Source: Fistulifera solaris (Eukaryota). Taken from it: 64,000 nucleotides of DNA. A model generated the notes under the pieces. It ran no database searches. It saw only the letters and a list, made by a program, of their open reading frames with translations, and was not told the DNA's origin. The stretch spans positions 434,001-498,000 of the forward strand of contig AP026153.1 of NCBI GenBank assembly GCA_030295235.1, read 5' to 3'. A program made the translations under genes and the position numbers. Shown here piece by piece: positions 58,627 to 64,000 of the stretch (its first letter is position 1; the number at the start of each line of letters is the position of its first letter).

Positions 58627-60525
58627 ATGACTACAACTACTACTGCTGAAGAACAACATTACGATGTAATATTGTGTGGAACAGGCCTAATACAATCGAT
58701 TGTCGCGTCCGCTTTGGCCCGTGCCGGTCGCAAAGTCTTGCAATGCGATGCGGCCGATTATTACGGACAATTCGATGCCGTATGGACTTTTCCTTATTTA
58801 CAGCAGTTACAGGAAAAGAAAGTGAACTCCGCAGCAACTACCATTCTCGATACAGACGACACTCCGTCGTCGTGTCTGGTGCACTTGACGAGACAAACGG
58901 ATGAAACGTGTCTCACCTTTCATTCGATGCACACGAAAACAAGCTTTCCCATGCATATCGGAACGAACGTAGTGACACCGTACGGAATCGGTTGTATCGA
59001 ACAATTGTCACCGCAACAACCTCATCTATCGATCGCATTAACGAACTGGACGTTAGCGAATGGTCGTCATGCGCGATTGTTTGTAGCATCGCCCGCACAA
59101 ATACAATCCCAAGCCCAAGTCGATGCACAGACCATTTTACAACACCACAGTCGATCGTTGGCCTTGGATATTACACCTTCTCTTGTGTATGCCGCCGGAA
59201 CGGCCGTCGACGCTTTAATACAAAGTGGGGTTGCCGACTATTTGGAATGGAAAGCTCTCGAAGGATTGTTGTATCTCAATCCACAAACACAACAACTTGA
59301 TAAGGTCCCCTGTAACAAGAATGATATCTTCAGCAGTCCGAGTTTAGGACCCATGGACAAGCGTCGTTTGATGAAATTTTTACAACTCGCCATGGATTAT
59401 GGCATTGCGCAACAAGTACAAGAAGAAGAAGCCGTCACATCCTTAAATGAACGACATTTGAATCAAGGACGGTCGTTGGCGCGGCCACAAAACAAATCGG
59501 TGCAAAGCAGCGAACTAAAGGCACTAGAACAATGTATGGAAATGTCCTTTGCATCGTATTTGGAAGAGCACCAGAAATTATCGCCGGCATTGATTTCGTT
59601 GGTACGGTTTGCGTTGGCGTTGGAAAAGGACCAAGAGACGTCCGTCCGAGAAGGAATGCGTCAACTGTGTCAACACATGGGTTCGTTGGGGCGGTTCGGG
59701 ACGACCGCGTTCTTGGTGCCCTTGTATGGGAGTGGAGAACTGGCGCAGGCGTTTTGTCGATCCGCGGCGGTCTATGGAGCGACCTATATGTTGCGACAAG
59801 CACCGTTGGCGGTGCAAACGCAGGAAATGAATGGTCGAGTGAAGGGGGTTTGGTTGGCACCGATGGAAGAAGGAGCTTCACCCCAATTAATATCGTGTTC
59901 ACATGTGGTGGTTCCCGCGTCGGCCCTGAAATCGTCCGTCAAGAGCGAAAGCAAAGTTTTACGCAGAATCAGTGTTTTGAGAGGAAGGCTCATCACGGAG
60001 GGACAACAACGGCATGCGATTATCATCCCACCATCGACTCTAGGAAGTTCATCGCCAATCTACGGACTATTACTGGATGAAACGGTTAATGTCGTGCCGC
60101 GCGTACCCAATGGATGTACGCTGGTACATCTGACGACCACCGTCGTTAGAGACGTCGATGTTTGCCTGCTAGAAATGGCCTTGGAAATGATTTTGGCTGA
60201 TACCAAGAATGATGTGGAAGAGATATTTCATACATGTTTCAGCTACGACCTTTATGAATCCGAGGGGTCTGATCCCTCTATTGAAGGTCTTCACCAAGTG
60301 CGTTGCGCTGCTCCCGGTCTTGAAGTCGATGCTGCAATTGAACAAGCAAAGGAAATCTTCAGCCGCATCTGTCCTAACGATGAATTTCTAGTGATATCCA
60401 AACAACTAGAAACGGAAATTAAAGATCGACTAGGTGACCATGCAGATGAGGACGATGACGAGAAACGCGTCTTGGAGAGCGCCATAGGTATACTTGCCGA
60501 AACCGAAAGTAAAGGGCACGAATAA
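58627..60525 (+). CDS. Rab escort protein (REP/CHM/Mrs6; GDI superfamily)
   Basis: YDVILCGTGLIQSIVASALARAGRKVL..D...YYG; LIQSGVADYLEW; KRRLMKFL; FLVPLYGSGELAQAFCRSAAVYGATYML. The long insert and the QAFCR motif favour REP over GDI. Confidence 0.9.
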   Translation: MTTTTTAEEQHYDVILCGTGLIQSIVASALARAGRKVLQCDAADYYGQFDAVWTFPYLQQLQEKKVNSAATTILDTDDTPSSCLVHLTRQTDETCLTFHSMHTKTSFPMHIGTNVVTPYGIGCIEQLSPQQPHLSIALTNWTLANGRHARLFVASPAQIQSQAQVDAQTILQHHSRSLALDITPSLVYAAGTAVDALIQSGVADYLEWKALEGLLYLNPQTQQLDKVPCNKNDIFSSPSLGPMDKRRLMKFLQLAMDYGIAQQVQEEEAVTSLNERHLNQGRSLARPQNKSVQSSELKALEQCMEMSFASYLEEHQKLSPALISLVRFALALEKDQETSVREGMRQLCQHMGSLGRFGTTAFLVPLYGSGELAQAFCRSAAVYGATYMLRQAPLAVQTQEMNGRVKGVWLAPMEEGASPQLISCSHVVVPASALKSSVKSESKVLRRISVLRGRLITEGQQRHAIIIPPSTLGSSSPIYGLLLDETVNVVPRVPNGCTLVHLTTTVVRDVDVCLLEMALEMILADTKNDVEEIFHTCFSYDLYESEGSDPSIEGLHQVRCAAPGLEVDAAIEQAKEIFSRICPNDEFLVISKQLETEIKDRLGDHADEDDDEKRVLESAIGILAETESKGHE

Positions 60526-61180
60526 CTTTCAGATGTTGTTGCTGGCAATCGTTCGATTCAAAGTAAAGGCGTCATTCTTCACCCCTATGATTAAGGGTAC
60601 ACCCCGTATCGAGACGTTCTATAGTAAATAGGTATAGGCTTGTATAGCGATGGCTCAGACTCGTCCGTTGTTCACATTCGAGCAAAATATGTCATAATTG
60701 AGGGGTAATTTTGCTTTTTAGCTTGAATATAGCCGTGTTTAAGTAGGCTAATGTCTACAGTGCACTTGGGTTCTTTAGAATAAAAAATCATACAAAATCG
60801 ATTGATTCAATCGCAGACGTTTTCTACTCATGAATGGCAAATGCTGCTGTAGGTAACCATATAAGTAAAAACACAGCTGGATAACTTTTGTAGTTGAACA
60901 AGCAAAACAGAACGTAGGAAGGCAACAGTAGTTGCGCTTTGCTAGACTAGACGACTCTAAGAAGGGATGGAAACATATTGCCACATGACTGGGACGCAGT
61001 CGTGGTAATGTTGACAAAAAAACTATGGTGCATTGAGTCGAATATTTGACGCGTTTCGCGTCATATGCGTTCTCCGCATGGTAGATTTTTCCTGGCGCTG
61101 TCATAGTTGGCTACTTTTGGATTAGATTTTGCAATGACTGCAATGCTCTTGAATCATTCAATGACTTTATTATGGTCAGG

Positions 61181-61220
61181 AGTGTTGTCCGTTTTTGACA
61201 GGATTTGATTTCAGTCATGA
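61181..61220 (-). repeat. Dispersed twin-hairpin repeat, copy C
   Basis: Reverse complement TCATGACTGAAATCAAATCCTGTCAAAAACGGACAACACT. Confidence 0.72.
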
Positions 61221-61602
61221 GCTCGGAGTTTTTTTGAGAACGCTTATCTGCACGCCCGCCGAGCTTTCCCGTGACGATTGACTTTTCGGTTCGCTAAAAA
61301 TCATTGACCGTTGGGATTGAGAAAGACATCGAAACGCAAGGCGAGTCGAAGAACGTCTTTGCTTTGAAATTGGTTGTAATTCAATCAATCATCATCGAAA
61401 ACGGGGAGTGACGACCTTCTATTGCCGTTGCAGTTTGATATTCCCTGTATTTCATTCATTATTGTTTTACGAACTGCCTTTTTCATAAAAACTGCGCCAT
61501 TGTATTTTATAGGGTTGTCGCTAGATAACATACGAATCATCGCAATCATTTTACTTTTGAACGAATGATAAGCTATTCAACAATACAATTACACAATAAG
61601 TC

Positions 61603-61920
61603 ATGCCATCCGTCAGACAGGTATCTTCTCCGCCTTACTCGCTGGAAGAAGCACGTCAGGACTTCGGTCCTTGCGGAGCCATACTCTACGCGCTTCAACG
61701 CTATGATCCAGCGGACATGGACGCTTACATGCTCTTCGGACTAGAGGCCTGCTGGAAACAGCACAAAACGTGCCACTCGGCCGCTCAATCACTCCATGTG
61801 TCACTTCTACAGCCAGTTTTTACGGCTGTTTCGCCAGAAATGCTGCCCTTGCATATGAAAAGAGTACGCGAAGCTGTCCATGGCATCGATTGGGTGCAAG
61901 CAATCAAGAATCATCAGTGA
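61603..61920 (+). CDS. Small hypothetical protein
   Basis: 105-aa ATG-initiated ORF with coding-like composition between AT-rich flanks. Confidence 0.5.
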   Translation: MPSVRQVSSPPYSLEEARQDFGPCGAILYALQRYDPADMDAYMLFGLEACWKQHKTCHSAAQSLHVSLLQPVFTAVSPEMLPLHMKRVREAVHGIDWVQAIKNHQ

Positions 61921-62303
61921 AGCTGAAAAATACAATCAAACTCCCGCAGCCATACATTCATTATTGCACTTGTGTGCCACAGAATCTGACAAGCACGGCA
62001 CTTCATGACATTTTTATCGTAGGTCTAGTTGTATAATTAATGAAATTCATACATACATTCTCCACGTTACCAACACGAACTTGGAGTAAATTGTGAGTCT
62101 ATAGGAAATTAATGAAAGTCTATTGTGGATGGGATATAAAAATTTCGGCATTTTCTTGTTCTCGAACTGCATCCCATCGTCTCGTGTGTGTGTTTAATAT
62201 GTATCTCATTTCGATTCGGTGAAAAGTCTATTGTGGTGTTGTATGTTTCATGTAACATATATCTCCCGAAAGTTTTCCGTGTGCAGGAATCAGCGGCGTT
62301 TAG

Positions 62304-63628
62304 TTACGGCGAAGCACTGCGCTTCTTGAGATCGCCGTCGGTTTTTGACTTAGTGCCAGCCACCTTTTCGAGTCGACGAAGTGCCCGACTCTGAGCTCGA
62401 CGCTCCAGTTCTCCCCTTCACGCCCAATTTGGGTACCCATTTTCCTTCTTGAAAGTGAAAAAACTCGTGAAAGTTGGGATTCCAACGGCGAAACTGGCGC
62501 ACAATCGAAGCTTTTTGCACCTTGCGTTTGGACTCGGAGCCAGGCGAGACAGGTAAGTGAGTGTGATCTGAGACTTCCGAGCCGTAGGTGTGCATCAACT
62601 CTAACATGTCACTGCGATGAAAAAGGAATTCTAACGTGAGGTATACGCAGCAAACTTGGGAAAAGCTATCGAAATGAAGACACTTACGCAACGGGTATTT
62701 GCGAAATTTTTCCGACGGGAAGCTGACGCAGCTCATCCACTTGGGCTTGCAGGTCTTCAATCGCTTGCTGTAACGTTTCCACGAGCCGGTTTCGTTCCCC
62801 CAGTTCGTATCGAAGAAGCGCATTATCGCGAGCAAGTTCGTCCAATACCTGCTGATGATTCGATGCTGACGGCGTATGAGTCCAGGATGTTTGCCAAGGC
62901 CCAGTTCGAGCGGCACCCGGCTCAATCAAAAAGGGAGGCGTGGTGGATCCGCTCCTGGAGGAGAGACTACCGTGGCCCGGCAATTCCGCCCGTCCCTGAA
63001 AGCGCGGTTGCAACAAAGCTGCACCAGGTTGTCGGATGACCGTGGTCGTTGTCGTCGTTACCGAAACTCTGGAACCATCCGGCGATGTTGAGACGACGAG
63101 CCGTTTGTTGGAAGCGTCCGATGATTCATCGATACTGCGCTTGCGCGTGTTCCCGGTGCTCACGGGAGGTGCAAAGGCGGCATGAACGGCCTGCGGGTGA
63201 TGACAAAAAGCGGATGAACTGGAGGCAGGAAAGGTAGCTCCGGAAAGTTCTTGGCTCTTGTCCTCAAAACTATTCGATCTTTCATTGTTAATCGGAAACA
63301 TCATAGAGCTCCACTTTTCCGCCCACGAGGAACTCGATTGTAGTGAAGAAACAAAAGGCGACGCCGTACGACCGTCTAAAGTATATCCTACTGAGAGCGA
63401 CGGCGAGGTTTCGGGCGAAGCGGAACCTACGGTATGACAGTGCTTCGGGGAGACGAGATCAGTCGAAGGTGTTTGTGCAGCAATTTCTGTTGAAGGAGAA
63501 ACTCGAGCGGGGTTTTCCAGATCATTCTTCCAAGCGGCAGTCTGCGAAAGAAGCTCCAAGTTGCTGGAAGCTCGAGGGATTGTTGATTCTGTTCTACTTG
63601 AACAACGACTTGGCTCTGTCATTACCAT
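62304..63628 (-). CDS. Uncharacterised protein with a Ser-rich N-terminus, coiled coil and conserved-looking C-terminal domain
   Basis: ORF 62684..63628; in-frame GT-AG intron 62612..62687; then VRQFRRWNPNFHEFFHFQEGKWVPKLG. A frameshift near 62413 gives ELERRAQSRALRR, ending at the stop at 62304. Confidence 0.7.
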
Positions 63629-64000
63629 AGGTCATCCTGTTGCATGGCAACAAAAGTGTGTCCTCATCGCTTGGTGAGAAGAAAAACAAAATCGAATCAA
63701 TCGAGATGAAGGGAGAAGGGAGTGACCCTTATCCTATTTTCTGTTCTATAGTCCAAGATACTATCGGTTAATCTGTGGGAGGAATCAGTAGACCCGCACT
63801 TGGTATCTACGAGGGAATTTGGATTTCTCGATACTCCGAATGTCGACGTCGTCGACCGTGGTGGGCCGCACGATACGGTAAATGGCTCGCCGACCGTTAA
63901 CATGAAAATCCAAGATAGCCGTTGCCTAATTACAGTCATTACAAATGGAGTACCGGTATTCAAATGCCTATGTGACCATTTTTCTATCCGCGGAAAGGTA

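Overview
Gene-dense eukaryotic nuclear DNA with compact genes, short (~60-100 nt) GT-AG introns and a signal peptide plus 'AF' plastid presequence on lumazine synthase. I infer a diatom or other photosynthetic stramenopile, but the species cannot be fixed from sequence alone. About 30 protein genes are present. Recognisable ones are PP2A B56, a D-2-hydroxyacid dehydrogenase, lumazine synthase, RuvBL1, a sterol glucosyltransferase-like GT1, an FHA-RING E3 ligase, an SPFH/HIR protein, three clustered F-box-SPRY genes, EMC10, catalase, TSR2 and a Rab escort protein. Many genes carry single-base frameshifts, mostly in homopolymers, which suggests assembly errors rather than mass pseudogenisation. 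The most interesting signals are non-coding or structural. (1) A 236/245-bp tandem array (7.3 units, 8.86-10.6 kb) has a solo copy at 58 kb. (2) A ~57-bp twin-hairpin module (CATGACT...AGTC...CAACACT...ATAGT) sits in every array unit and also recurs, diverged, at several other intergenic loci on both strands; it may be a tiny rolling-circle-type mobile family or a cis-element. (3) A 568-bp hAT-type MITE has a perfect 8-bp target-site duplication. (4) A G.U-rich structured RNA candidate lies on the minus strand at ~32 kb. (5) PP2A B56 has two candidate in-frame alternative first exons. No rRNA, tRNA or CRISPR array was recognised. Domain calls come from motif recognition by eye, not from database searches.
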